Positions 9,831-19,363 of a DNA stretch of 64,000 nt are shown here, piece by piece (position 1 is the stretch's first letter; each line of letters begins with the position of its first letter). Origin of the DNA: Pseudomonadota bacterium (GTDB lineage: Bacteria > Pseudomonadota > Gammaproteobacteria > Xanthomonadales > SZUA-38); the NCBI GenBank assembly GCA_039195135.1, contig JBCCVP010000003.1, positions 7,249-71,248 on the forward strand, read 5' to 3'. The notes beneath the pieces are model-generated. The model made no database searches. It was not told the origin of the DNA and saw only the letters and a program-made list of their open reading frames with translations. Made by a program: the position numbers and the translations under genes.

Positions 9831-10880
9831 CTAGCGCAGCGGGAGGATTTCGATCGCTCCGGAGGGCTTTTTCACCAGCTGGACGGGCAGAATCGCGGGC
9901 AGCGTCTCGATCATGCCCTCAACGTCATTGCCGTCGAAGAAGGCGGTGACCCGGGCGGCAGCAAGCGCATCGCTCTGATCACTGATGGAAATTTGAAGCG
10001 GCAGATACCGCTGCGCATCAGCCACCAGCTCCGCCAGCGTGGCCCCGGCGTATACCAATCGCTTCGACCTCCACCCGGCCACCGACTCCGGGGCCACCGC
10101 CTCGACGCTGCGCAGCCCCTCAGCCATCGTTGCCGCGATGCGGGTTCCCGCGTTCAGCCTGGCGGTATCCCGCAGCGCTGTCGGCTGCCCGGCGATCACC
10201 TGCGGAAAGCGAACGGCAACCTCGCCCTCCGCAACGCCAACGCGCGACACGCCGCCGTTGTGGCGAACGTCGAAGCGGGTTCCAAGCACCGTGACCGCCA
10301 GCACTCCGGCTTCCACCACGAATGCCCGGCCGGCATCGGGCGTGACGTCAAAATAGGCCGCGCCGGACGTCATCCGCACCCGCCGTGTTGCCGGCGTCAA
10401 GGTCACCACAAGCTCGGTTTTTGCGCCCAGCGTCACCACGCTGCCGTCGTCGAGCGTCACGGATCGGATTTCACCAACGCCCGTTGCATGGGTTGACGTC
10501 GCGTGACTCAGTGTCGGCGCGGTCGGCCCGGCATCCTGCGACAGGAGCGCGACGACGCCGAGGCATGCCACCAACGCCAGGGCTGCGGCGCCCAGGCGCA
10601 GGGGGGATAGCTGCCCACCGTCGGCGGCAAAAAAGAAATCTGGCAGACGCTCCCACAGAGAACGGCGCCGCAGCCGGGGCCCCAGGTCATCGGCGTCGAG
10701 CGCACCCAGGGCCTCGAAGAGGGTTTGCGCCCGGTCAAATGCTGCCTCGTGGCGAAGGTCGGCGCTGATCCACGACTGAAACTGCTCCAGATCGGCGGGT
10801 GAAACGTCGGGCCCGGACAGCCGCGTACGCCAATCATGAGCCGCCTGCCGGATGACGTCCTGCTCTTGCGCCTCAATCAT
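9831..10880 (-). CDS. FecR-family transmembrane anti-sigma / sigma regulator
   Basis: MIEAQEQDVIRQAAHDWRTRLSGPDVSPADLEQFQSWISADLRHEAAFDRAQ is a typical FecR N-terminal region. It is followed by one TM segment and a periplasmic FecR domain. ATG 10880 overlaps the upstream sigma-gene stop by 8 nt (ATGATTGA), which implies translational coupling. Confidence 0.85.
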   Translation of the reverse strand: MIEAQEQDVIRQAAHDWRTRLSGPDVSPADLEQFQSWISADLRHEAAFDRAQTLFEALGALDADDLGPRLRRRSLWERLPDFFFAADGGQLSPLRLGAAALALVACLGVVALLSQDAGPTAPTLSHATSTHATGVGEIRSVTLDDGSVVTLGAKTELVVTLTPATRRVRMTSGAAYFDVTPDAGRAFVVEAGVLAVTVLGTRFDVRHNGGVSRVGVAEGEVAVRFPQVIAGQPTALRDTARLNAGTRIAATMAEGLRSVEAVAPESVAGWRSKRLVYAGATLAELVADAQRYLPLQISISDQSDALAAARVTAFFDGNDVEGMIETLPAILPVQLVKKPSGAIEILPLR

Positions 10881-11475
10881 GGTAGTCCGACAGCCGTTGA
10901 TCAATGCTGGCCATGGCGCGAGCAATATGTTTCGCAGCCGCCGTGGCGCTGATTTTCAGTCGCCGGCCGGTTTCGGCGATCGACAGTCCCTCGATTCGAT
11001 GAAGAACAAAAGCTCGACGGCGACGCTCGGGCATAGCTAGAAGGACCTGCCTCACCTGATTTACCTGCTCTTTTGCTATTCCGACCCTTTCGGGATCCAA
11101 ATCACAACCCCGGGAAGGAAAATACAGCTGCTCAAGCTCATAGTCATAGCGGGAACGGACCGCTTTTGCCCGATAGTCTTTGAAGACCAGATTGCGAGCA
11201 GTGCGCCAGAGAAACGCTTCCAGATTCCCAATATCGTCGAGCCGTTTGCGTTCCAGCAGCTTGCGATAGGCCTGCTGGGCAATATCTTCCGGATCTGGAG
11301 GCCCGCTGCCGAAGGATTTGCGCAGAAGCGTCGTTATAGTCCTCAGCATCTCCCGGTAGCTGGCCTCCAGCGCAGGCGGGTCCTCCGCAGAAGCAGTCGG
11401 GTCAGGAACGCCACCGATCCCGGCCGAAGCGTCTTGGTCGCTGGGCGGAGGCTTCGAGGCAGGATCTAAAGACAT
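10873..11475 (-). CDS. ECF RNA polymerase sigma factor (FecI-like)
   Basis: 200 aa with a region-2-like segment (DPEDIAQQAYRKLLER, EAFLWRTARNLVFKDYR) and a region 4 HTH (RRRAFVLHRIEGLSIAETGRRLKISATAAAKHIARA). It is the first gene of a sigma / anti-sigma / receptor array. Confidence 0.85.
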   Translation of the reverse strand: MSLDPASKPPPSDQDASAGIGGVPDPTASAEDPPALEASYREMLRTITTLLRKSFGSGPPDPEDIAQQAYRKLLERKRLDDIGNLEAFLWRTARNLVFKDYRAKAVRSRYDYELEQLYFPSRGCDLDPERVGIAKEQVNQVRQVLLAMPERRRRAFVLHRIEGLSIAETGRRLKISATAAAKHIARAMASIDQRLSDYHD

Positions 11476-11543
11476 AGGCGTAGGTGGACTCAGCGTCGGC
11501 GGCTCGCGGCCCGGATCTGCCAGCGTCCTGCCTCTCAGTGATT

Positions 11544-11562
11544 GCTAATGATTCTTATTTCT
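11544..11562. promoter_or_regulatory. Weak Fur-box-like AT-rich element upstream of the FecI-like sigma gene
   Basis: GCTAATGATTCTTATTTCT matches the 19-bp Fur consensus GATAATGATAATCATTATC at 12 of 19 positions by my hand alignment. It is the only AT-rich stretch in the 11476-11697 divergent intergenic region. Confidence 0.3.
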
Positions 11563-11697
11563 CTCATCGTGGCATGCCGTGTTCCGATAGGCAATCGACG
11601 AAGGAGAAGCGTCCGCCCCACCCTGCCTCGAAGACCTGCTGCTGCCGACGCCGAACCGGTAGAATTGCCGCGGCGCAACCACACGCTGAGAAAGCCT

Positions 11698-12918
11698 ATG
11701 CGACGACCCCCAATGCTGATTTACGCCGCTGCCCTGATGCTGGCCGGCTGCATGCCCCCGCCAACGGCCCCGCCCGGCGTCGTCGAATCGATCCCCGACG
11801 AGGCGGCCATGATCGCCCGTCTTGCCAATGACCGCCTCGGCGACCAGGCCTCCGCACTGCTGTTTTTCAGCACCGCGGAACGTCGGGTGGCTTTCAAGCA
11901 CATGGATAGCATTCTGCCAACGCGACCGGTATCGGCGGGGCCGGCACCTTCCCTGCTGGTGAACAGACCCGCGGAGCTGTCCGCAGTGACCTATGAGGTG
12001 GAAGGCACTACCTACGGGTTGGATGACTTTCTAAACAGGCCGGCGCAGATCGGCCTGATTGTGGTCAAAGACGGCGCGATCGTCCTTGAGCGCTACGCCC
12101 CCGGCAACGACGCAGGCAGCTTGTGGGTGTCGTTCTCCGTCAGCAAGTCGGTCACCTCCATGCTGATTGGTGCTGCCATCCAGGACGGCTTCATCGAGAG
12201 CGTGGATGAACCGATCACCCATTATCTTCCACGCCTGCGCGGCACGGGGTATGAAGGCGCGACGATTCGAAACATTCTGCAGATGTCCTCCGGGGTTGCC
12301 TGGAACGAGGACTACGCCGACCCCCAATCCGATGTGGCCCGCGCTGGCGGCGCGAATGGGATCGAACTGGTCCGCTACCTCGGGCAGCTGGAGCGGGAGC
12401 ACGAGCCGGGCGAAGTATTCAACTACAACACCGGGGAAACCAACCTGGTGGGTGAGGTGCTGCGCGCTGCTATTGGCAACAATGCCGCCACCTACCTTTC
12501 GCACAAGATCTGGCAACCGTTCGGTATGGAAAGTGATGCCAACTGGGTGACCGGCGGACCCGGTTCGGGCGAAACCGGCGGCTGCTGCATCAGCGCCACC
12601 CTGCGGGACTACGTAAGGCTTGGTCTGTTTGCCCTTAACGACGGCGTTTTGCCGGACGGCAAGCGAGTCCTGCCGGAGGGCTGGATGGCGGAATCCATCA
12701 GCCCGTCAAAGGGAGCGCCCTTCTACGGCTACCTCTGGTGGCTTGATGGCGACGGTCGCTACGTCGCCCGAGGCATTTTCGGCCAGCAGATTTACATCGA
12801 CCCGGTCGACAACATCGTCATTGCCGCTCACGGCAATGCCTCCGCCGCGGTTGGCACCGACTATCACGAACATCTCAGCGCAGCCATTCGCGCGATCGCC
12901 GCCGCCATTCGGGACTAG
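11698..12918 (+). CDS. Lipoprotein serine hydrolase, beta-lactamase/transpeptidase-like (SxxK) family
   Basis: ATG 11698 gives MRRPPMLIYAAALMLAGC (LAGC lipobox). The active-site-like motif is FSVSKSVTSMLIG (S-x-x-K). The upstream extension to 11542 in the track is rejected. Confidence 0.8.
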   Translation: MRRPPMLIYAAALMLAGCMPPPTAPPGVVESIPDEAAMIARLANDRLGDQASALLFFSTAERRVAFKHMDSILPTRPVSAGPAPSLLVNRPAELSAVTYEVEGTTYGLDDFLNRPAQIGLIVVKDGAIVLERYAPGNDAGSLWVSFSVSKSVTSMLIGAAIQDGFIESVDEPITHYLPRLRGTGYEGATIRNILQMSSGVAWNEDYADPQSDVARAGGANGIELVRYLGQLEREHEPGEVFNYNTGETNLVGEVLRAAIGNNAATYLSHKIWQPFGMESDANWVTGGPGSGETGGCCISATLRDYVRLGLFALNDGVLPDGKRVLPEGWMAESISPSKGAPFYGYLWWLDGDGRYVARGIFGQQIYIDPVDNIVIAAHGNASAAVGTDYHEHLSAAIRAIAAAIRD

Positions 12919-12934
12919 AACTGGAGCAACAACA

Positions 12935-13924
12935 ATGCGGGCACTGAGGCAAAACGCTTTTGGCGCAGCAGCGGACGTGGTGGAGCTGGTGGAGACCGCC
13001 GACCCAATGCCGGGTCCCGGGGAGGCCCTGCTGCGCGTGGAAGCAGCAGCGATGCACCTGGCAGACGTGAAGTTTGTCAGCGGCGAGGCGGGCTTCCGTT
13101 TTTTTGGCGTGCCTCGCTGGATGGGCGAGGAGGGCGTGGCGCGGATCGAAACTCTTGGCCCCGACGTCGAGGGATTGACAGTGGGTGAGCGGGTGTTTGT
13201 GCCCCGGGGCGTCGGCGCTTTTCGCGACTGCGGCTGCGTTCCCGCCGCTGACCTGATGAAGGCGCCGGAGGGGGACGCCGAGCAGCTTGCGCTGACCATG
13301 GTCAACGGCCTGACCGCGTTTCTCCTGCTGAACGACTACGCGCGCGCCAAACCCGGTGAGTGGATCATTCAGAACGGCGCGAACTCCAGCTGCGGCCGCT
13401 ACCTGGTGGCGCTGGCTCGAAGAAAGGGGGTGCGTACCGTCTCGCTGGTCCGGCGGGCGGAGCTGATCGATGAGCTGCGGCCGCTTGGCGCGGACGTGGT
13501 ACTGGTCGACAGCGGCGACCCCGACGCTATGGCCGAGCAGGTGGGTCGGGCAACGGACGGCGCACCGGTTGTTGCCGGCATTGACTGCGTGGCCGGCGCC
13601 GCCACCGTCACCATCGCCCGCAGCCTGGCCCCCGGTGGCCGGGTCATCAATTATGGCTTCATGACCGGCGAGGCCTGCCACATGGCGTTTCACGACCTGT
13701 TTCTGCGCGAGGTCACCCTGGAAGGGATGAACATGCGCCACGGGTATTCGCCGGGTGCGCTGACGCAGATCTATCAGCAGCTGGCGGACCTGATCGCCAG
13801 CGGCGACCTCAAAGCCGCCATTGCCGGCACCTATTCGCTGGACAATTTCCTCGAAGCCTACGCGCACCAGCAGCGAACCGGCAAAGACCGCAAAGGCAAA
13901 ATCATCATCCGACCGAACGGGTGA
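12935..13924 (+). CDS. Medium-chain (zinc-type/quinone oxidoreductase-like) NAD(P)-dependent dehydrogenase
   Basis: MRALRQNAFGAAADVVELVETADPMPGPGEALLRVEAAAMHLADV resembles a GroES-like MDR N-domain. A Rossmann-like segment IIQNGANSSCGRYLVALARRKG follows. ATG 12935 lies 17 nt after the previous stop. Confidence 0.8.
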   Translation: MRALRQNAFGAAADVVELVETADPMPGPGEALLRVEAAAMHLADVKFVSGEAGFRFFGVPRWMGEEGVARIETLGPDVEGLTVGERVFVPRGVGAFRDCGCVPAADLMKAPEGDAEQLALTMVNGLTAFLLLNDYARAKPGEWIIQNGANSSCGRYLVALARRKGVRTVSLVRRAELIDELRPLGADVVLVDSGDPDAMAEQVGRATDGAPVVAGIDCVAGAATVTIARSLAPGGRVINYGFMTGEACHMAFHDLFLREVTLEGMNMRHGYSPGALTQIYQQLADLIASGDLKAAIAGTYSLDNFLEAYAHQQRTGKDRKGKIIIRPNG

Positions 13925-13931
13925 GCTTAGG

Positions 13932-15362
13932 CTAGAGGCAAAGGGGCGGCACGCACTCGAAGGAATCCTGAAAGATCAGGGTGAACAGCGACTCGAGGAA
14001 TCCCGAATCCAGCTTCCACAGCTCCCGACCGTCAACGCCGTTGTCCGCTTCAAACAGCAGCGCGTTGTTGACCACCCAGGCCTCCCCGCGGGGCGAGCCG
14101 TCGGCCGCGTCGGGATTGATATCGCTGATCAGCGCGACACCGCCGACGCTGCCGTTGGCGGCCCACCACTCAAAGCCATGTTCGGGCGTCTGGGCCCGGA
14201 ATATCAGGTGGTTATCAAACACGATCCACGGTCTGGGAGCCGCTCCGTTAGGGTCGCTGCTGATGGTCGCGACCAGTTCTGCGCTGCTGCCGGCAACCCG
14301 CCAGAGCTGGGGTCCGGTCGGCGACTTTGCGCCGAAATACACGTGGCCGCCAAATTCGACAAACTTTTCTGGGTCTGAGTCGAGGTTACCCGGCGCCACG
14401 TCCGCAATCATGAAGGTGCCCACGCTGGTCCCATCGCTGCGCCACGGCTCGACGCCGTCGTCCTCGGTCTGGCCGGCAAAGTACACCACGCCATTGATGG
14501 CATCGCCGGTAAACAGGAAGGTGCTCGCATAGCCGCTGCCGTTGCCCGGATTGATGTCCTCCACCTGCGAGGCTACATCGCTGCCGTTGGGCAGAAGCCA
14601 GGGTTCATTGCCGTCCGCCTCGCCTTCCGCGCTGGCCATAAACAGCCACCCCCCGCTCACGGGCCAGAAGCCGTTGCTGAAGCTTAAGCGAACGTCATTG
14701 GGGCCGAGGATTTCCGTGGCCACATCGCCAACGAGGCGATGCGGACGGTTGCCGATGGACGGGGGCGTCAGCGGCCGGGCGGTGAGCAGGGCCGAGTTGG
14801 CGTCGACCGGCGTCAGCGTGCTCGCGTTGGAGCTGCCCTGATCTTCGTTAATATCCACGTAGAGCACCGGGCCACTGCCAGCGTTGACCCACCAGATCTC
14901 GCGCTCGCCGGTCTCGTCAGAGGCCGTCACCAGCACGCGGCCACCAACGATCCCAAGCCAGGAAGGACTGGAGCTGGGCTCGCCCGGGCGAATGTCAAAC
15001 ACCGCCGGGATGCCCGGAAACGCGGCCACCGACCAGAGCTCGCTGCCGACAGCGTCATCAAAGGCGTTAAAAAAGGCGGTGCTGTTCAGGCTCCCCCGAA
15101 AGGTGGGAAACGACCCATCCGGTCCCATCCGCAGGTCGCTGAGCTGCTGCGTTCCTGCCGTTGTCCCATCACTGATCCAGGGCTCGGTTCCGTCGGCGCC
15201 GTTGTCGGCGCGGAAAAAGAACTGTCCATCGTTGACGATGCCGTCGAGCTGCGACTGACCATCCGGTCCGGGCCATATGTCCCGCACCATTTCCGGCTGA
15301 GCCAGGGCGGTTCCGGTGGCGATGGAACCAGCAAGCACGACGGCTACGGGGTGAATCTGCAT
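13932..15362 (-). CDS. Secreted ELWxxDGT-repeat protein
   Basis: ATG 15362 is preceded by GGAGG. Signal peptide MQIHPVAVVLAGSIATGTALA. Repeats of the ELWxxDGT type: TEPWISDGTTAGT, VEPWRSDGTSVGT, GSELWSV, GRELWKLDSG, PQLWRVAGSS. The C-terminus is LIFQDSFECVPPLCL. Confidence 0.75.
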   Translation of the reverse strand: MQIHPVAVVLAGSIATGTALAQPEMVRDIWPGPDGQSQLDGIVNDGQFFFRADNGADGTEPWISDGTTAGTQQLSDLRMGPDGSFPTFRGSLNSTAFFNAFDDAVGSELWSVAAFPGIPAVFDIRPGEPSSSPSWLGIVGGRVLVTASDETGEREIWWVNAGSGPVLYVDINEDQGSSNASTLTPVDANSALLTARPLTPPSIGNRPHRLVGDVATEILGPNDVRLSFSNGFWPVSGGWLFMASAEGEADGNEPWLLPNGSDVASQVEDINPGNGSGYASTFLFTGDAINGVVYFAGQTEDDGVEPWRSDGTSVGTFMIADVAPGNLDSDPEKFVEFGGHVYFGAKSPTGPQLWRVAGSSAELVATISSDPNGAAPRPWIVFDNHLIFRAQTPEHGFEWWAANGSVGGVALISDINPDAADGSPRGEAWVVNNALLFEADNGVDGRELWKLDSGFLESLFTLIFQDSFECVPPLCL

Positions 15363-15589
15363 GCAAAACCTCCTTGCTGTTTGGCGATCCGACGACGAGG
15401 ACTTTGCCGCCCTCAGAAGTAGGTAACGCATGCAGCAGGCGGATGCGCACAGTCAAAAGCAAATCATGCCGGGGCTGGAAGCTGTGGGTGTGTTACCACT
15501 CCGTATTAGCCTAGCGGCCAATTGATTGATTGCCAGCAACTGACCATCATGCAGCAATCGACTGAGAACACCCACGTAGGACCAGTACA

Positions 15590-15889
15590 TTGACCGTCAG
15601 AGTTCTTTATCGCTGGCAGGTCCCTTCGGAAGCTTTTGAGGCATTTAAGGAGACCTGGCGAGCAACCACCAACCACATCCATGACACGGTTCCCGGGGCT
15701 CAGGGCAGTTTTCTGCTGCGGTCGAGTGAAAACCCCACCGAGGTTCTGACGATCGCGAAGTGGGACACGCTCGAGTCCTGGAAAAAGTTCTACGGTCAAC
15801 GCAATCCGGAAGCGATGAAGGCGATGCGGGAACTGGCGACGCGTATTTCCGTCGAAGCGTTTGACGAGATTGAGGATCACACCCGCTGA
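15590..15889 (+). CDS. Antibiotic-biosynthesis-monooxygenase (ABM) domain protein
   Basis: 99 aa with an ABM-like pattern (RVLYRWQVPSEAFEAFKETW ... VLTIAKWDTLESWKKF). TTG start with AGGA 8 nt upstream. Confidence 0.65.
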   Translation: MTVRVLYRWQVPSEAFEAFKETWRATTNHIHDTVPGAQGSFLLRSSENPTEVLTIAKWDTLESWKKFYGQRNPEAMKAMRELATRISVEAFDEIEDHTR

Positions 15890-15938
15890 AACCCCAGACG
15901 CTGCTTCGATCTGATCTTTTTGCCAAAGAGGTGCCTGA

Positions 15939-17021
15939 ATGACCGCGACGATGCTGCTGGCCGCCGTTCTGTTGCCGAGCAACGCTGGCTTCCAGCAGGA
16001 GCTGGATCAAACCCGCCTTGCGCAGGACATTCCGGGCGTCAGCGCGGTCGTGTCCCGGGGAGACCAGGTACTCTTTGCCGGCGCCAGCGGGTTCGCCGAT
16101 CTTGAAACCCGGCGGCCAATGACCGCCGAGACGGTCCTCTATTGCGGCTCCCTGAGCAAGGTATTCACAGCGGTCCTTGCGTTGCGGCTCGTCGAGCAGA
16201 AACGACTGACGCTCTCCGACACCGTGGACGGCGTGCTGGGTCAGGACCTCGGCGCGGCGGGCAGCATCTCTGTCCAGCAGCTGCTCACGCACACCTCGGG
16301 GCTGGATCGCGAAGGCTCCTTCGGATATTGGTTCAGCGGCGTATTCCCAAGCGATGGCGAATTGCAGGATTACGTGGGATCGGAAGCGCTGCGGACGGCG
16401 CCGGGCAGTGAGAGTCGCTATTCAAACATCGGTTATGCCACGCTTGGGCTGTTGGCGGCCGCCGCCAGCAACCAAAGCTACGGCGAGGCGCTGGCGTCGA
16501 CGGTGCTGAGGCCGCTCAGCATGAACGCATCCGGCACCGGCAAACCGGCGCCGGAGCTGGCGCGCGGCTACTCCCCCGTGGGCCGCCTGCTGCCGAGTGA
16601 AAATCGGCCATTTGCCGGGGTTGGTCGCCGCGTCGGTGATCGCCACCTGCGCGAATACCATCATGCCAACGCCATGACGCCGGCTTTTGGCATTCAAACC
16701 ACGGCCCTTGATCTGTCGCGCCTGACCCGATTTTTGCTGGGGCACAGGGCCGCCGGGCTATTGTCGCAATCCCTGCTGGAAAAAATACGCCGCAGACAAG
16801 CCGGTGGCCGGGGGTTGGGCTTACGCATTGCGAAAGCCAATGGTGTGACCGTAGCGCGCCACAGCGGGTGGTTTGCCGCGCATCGCTCTCATTTGCTAAT
16901 TGATGAAACCAACGATCTAAGCGTTGTTGTCCTCACCAACAGCGACAACGCTGCGCCCGCGGAGATTGTCGATCGCCTGCACGCCCTGGCGCTGGCGGCT
17001 GTGGGTCTGGCGGGCGGCTAA
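15939..17021 (+). CDS. Serine hydrolase, beta-lactamase-related (SxxK) family
   Basis: Motifs YCGSLSKVFTAVLA (S-x-x-K), YSNIGYATLG (Y-x-N) and HSGW (H/K-S/T-G-like). Confidence 0.85.
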   Translation: MTATMLLAAVLLPSNAGFQQELDQTRLAQDIPGVSAVVSRGDQVLFAGASGFADLETRRPMTAETVLYCGSLSKVFTAVLALRLVEQKRLTLSDTVDGVLGQDLGAAGSISVQQLLTHTSGLDREGSFGYWFSGVFPSDGELQDYVGSEALRTAPGSESRYSNIGYATLGLLAAAASNQSYGEALASTVLRPLSMNASGTGKPAPELARGYSPVGRLLPSENRPFAGVGRRVGDRHLREYHHANAMTPAFGIQTTALDLSRLTRFLLGHRAAGLLSQSLLEKIRRRQAGGRGLGLRIAKANGVTVARHSGWFAAHRSHLLIDETNDLSVVVLTNSDNAAPAEIVDRLHALALAAVGLAGG

Positions 17022-17064
17022 CCCACCCTACCCCGAGCGACGGGCGCCGTGTGCTTCGGCTGGG

Positions 17065-17550
17065 CTAAAGATCGAAGTCTTTACCCACGCTAAGCATCAG
17101 CGCGGCATTACTCAGCACCAGTAGATCTACACCGAGGCCATCTTTCTTGAAACCGATGGCGGGCACAAGGCCGGGCGCAAAGCGGCCAAAGTTGAGGGCA
17201 AGCTCGTCTTCAAACTCGCCCCGGTAGCCGTGGACAATGCCCAGCGCCAGCTTGGCGCGGGCATAGCGATGCAGGCGGGGTAAAGGAAACTCCCAGCCGT
17301 AGTAAACAAACTGGGAAAACTGACCAAACGAATTGTCAAACAACGAAAGGCCGTAGAACCGGTTGCGGGCATTGTGGACTTCGAAGGACACCATCACCGG
17401 CGTACCCCGGAAGTCCTCATCATCGCTGTAGTGCTCGTAGGCGCCGATCTGGGCATAAAGCCAGTGGCCGTCCTTCTCTTCCGCAAGGCCCTGTGCGGAA
17501 ACCAGTATCCCAGCAACCAGGGCGGCGGCGATCAAGGCTATTTTTCTCAT
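17065..17550 (-). CDS. Small exported protein, probably an outer-membrane beta-barrel (family not identified with certainty)
   Basis: ATG 17550 gives the signal peptide MRKIALIAAALVAGILVSAQGLA. The rest is aromatic-rich with an alternating pattern (FYGLSLFDNSFGQFSQFVYYGWEF) and a terminal hydrophobic segment. Confidence 0.55.
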   Translation of the reverse strand: MRKIALIAAALVAGILVSAQGLAEEKDGHWLYAQIGAYEHYSDDEDFRGTPVMVSFEVHNARNRFYGLSLFDNSFGQFSQFVYYGWEFPLPRLHRYARAKLALGIVHGYRGEFEDELALNFGRFAPGLVPAIGFKKDGLGVDLLVLSNAALMLSVGKDFDL

Positions 17551-17626
17551 GGCGCGAAGGCTACCTATGACCTGCCTCGAGTCAAGGACCATTAACCGGC
17601 TGAAGCCGGTCATGCTCCCCGACCCG

Positions 17627-19201
17627 TCATGCTGCGGTCGTCAGGCGACCCATTACTTCCACAGTCTCCCCTTGAGCGCGTGAGCTCAGTAGCTGACCAA
17701 CCTCTTCCCGGATGTGGCGGCGAGCGTCGTCCAGCGCCGTATGGCCCCAGCGATCCAGCGAAGAGGTAGCTACTCCCTGGCGAATCAGATAGCGGACTGT
17801 ATCAACCTGCCCTTCTGACGCCGCAAGGTGAAGCGGCGTCCTCCCATCATAGTCAGCCCGATTGAGATCGTGACCGTGGGCAACCAGGCGCTTCAGATCC
17901 TCGATATCGCCGATGCTCGCAGCATGAATCGCTCGACAGGTTCGGTCATATTCGTCGGCACTGCGAAACCTTCGCGGATCGGTTTTGCTTGTCGAAAGCA
18001 GACTGTCGTAGTTGTGGAAAGCAAAGCGGCCCACAAGCTCTTTGAGAAACGCAACGCCGCGGACGCTATTACCGCAGGCGTCGAGCCTGGGCGACCAGAC
18101 CGCAATACCCATGACGTTGGGGATCACCGCGAGAATTACGCCGGAAACGGCAGACTTTGCCGGAATGCCTACCGAAAACGCGAACTCACCGGAGTAGTCG
18201 TACATGCCGCAGGAGTACATCATCGACAGGCAATTCTTGACCGTTTCTTCTTTGAAAACCCGCACGCCGGTGGTGGGACACACGCCCCCGTTGGCAAGCG
18301 TGGAGCCGATCATTGCCATGGCCTCGGTGTTGATCTCAATCGAACACGCCGAAAAGTAGTAATCAAGCGTTGCTTGAATCTGGGTGTCCGGCAGGAAAGC
18401 ACCTCTCTCGCGCATGTGGTGTGCGAGCGCAAAGTTCCGGTCTGCCGTTTCCCGCTCTGAGTGCCAGATGGCCGTATTGACGTGGCAACGTTGCCCCCCC
18501 GCCATGGCAGAAACCAGATCCGTCAGAAACTCAATGCGATCGGCGGTAGGCGCAGCACGCCGAATCAGGCTGCTGGTCATGATGGCGCCCGCGTTGATCA
18601 TGGGATTGTGCGGCAGCCCGTCTTTGTTGAGCGTCAGTTCGTTAAAGGAAAGACCGCTTGGCTCCCGGCCAACGTGGCGATGCACCGACGCTTCACCCCA
18701 TTCCTCAAGGGCGGCGGCGTAGAGAAACGGCTTGCAGCTGGATTGCAGCGTGAACCCCACATGCGACTCGCCAACCGAGTAGGATTGCCCATCGACAGTG
18801 GTGATGGACACGCCGAACGCCTCCTCTGACACGCGGGCAAGCTGGGGAATGTAGTCGGCCACCTGCCCATCGCGTTGGCCGCTGACCTCATCATGGAGTC
18901 CCGCAATTTCCTCGGCAAAGCGGCCAAACTCGGGGATAGCCAGGTCACCCCTGGCCGCCCGGGACACCAGTTCGCCACTATCTTCCATCAGTTCACCAAA
19001 CGCCTGCGGAGGGAGAGGTTTATCTCCCATCGCAGCGAGGCGCTGGCGCAGGGCCGCTAGGCGGGCGTCGGAGATGCCGATGCCGGATTTGGCCAGACAC
19101 GCAACAAGCTCGCCCTTGCTGATGGTGCCGTCACCATCAGCATCGATGGATCGGAAAATGGCTTCCGCTTTGGTTGTCGCCGCTAACTTGGGGTTTGTCA
19201 C
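17627..19201 (-). CDS. Glutaminase with an N-terminal EF-hand and C-terminal ankyrin repeats
   Basis: Canonical EF-hand loop DADGDGTISKGE. Glutaminase core motifs: DYIPQLA, LQSSCKPFLYAAAL (S-x-x-K), NPMINAGAI, SGVILAV. Ankyrin repeats: DGRTPLHLAASEGQVDTVRYLIRQGV, then WGHTALDDA. GTG 19201 is preferred (AGGAGA 6 nt upstream); the track ORF starts at TTG 19225. Confidence 0.85.
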   Translation of the reverse strand: MTNPKLAATTKAEAIFRSIDADGDGTISKGELVACLAKSGIGISDARLAALRQRLAAMGDKPLPPQAFGELMEDSGELVSRAARGDLAIPEFGRFAEEIAGLHDEVSGQRDGQVADYIPQLARVSEEAFGVSITTVDGQSYSVGESHVGFTLQSSCKPFLYAAALEEWGEASVHRHVGREPSGLSFNELTLNKDGLPHNPMINAGAIMTSSLIRRAAPTADRIEFLTDLVSAMAGGQRCHVNTAIWHSERETADRNFALAHHMRERGAFLPDTQIQATLDYYFSACSIEINTEAMAMIGSTLANGGVCPTTGVRVFKEETVKNCLSMMYSCGMYDYSGEFAFSVGIPAKSAVSGVILAVIPNVMGIAVWSPRLDACGNSVRGVAFLKELVGRFAFHNYDSLLSTSKTDPRRFRSADEYDRTCRAIHAASIGDIEDLKRLVAHGHDLNRADYDGRTPLHLAASEGQVDTVRYLIRQGVATSSLDRWGHTALDDARRHIREEVGQLLSSRAQGETVEVMGRLTTAA

Positions 19202-19363
19202 TCTCGATCTCCTGATTCGACACAAGGGATGCTGGGGCGCCCCAGCGTTCTAAATCAGTCAATCGGATTTGCCGGGCAATTCCGCCACGCTGCGGACGAG
19301 GTCAGGTTACGGCCAAGGCGGCGGTGCTGCAGATCTTAAGACCAGTGCCCGAAGCTCCTGATG

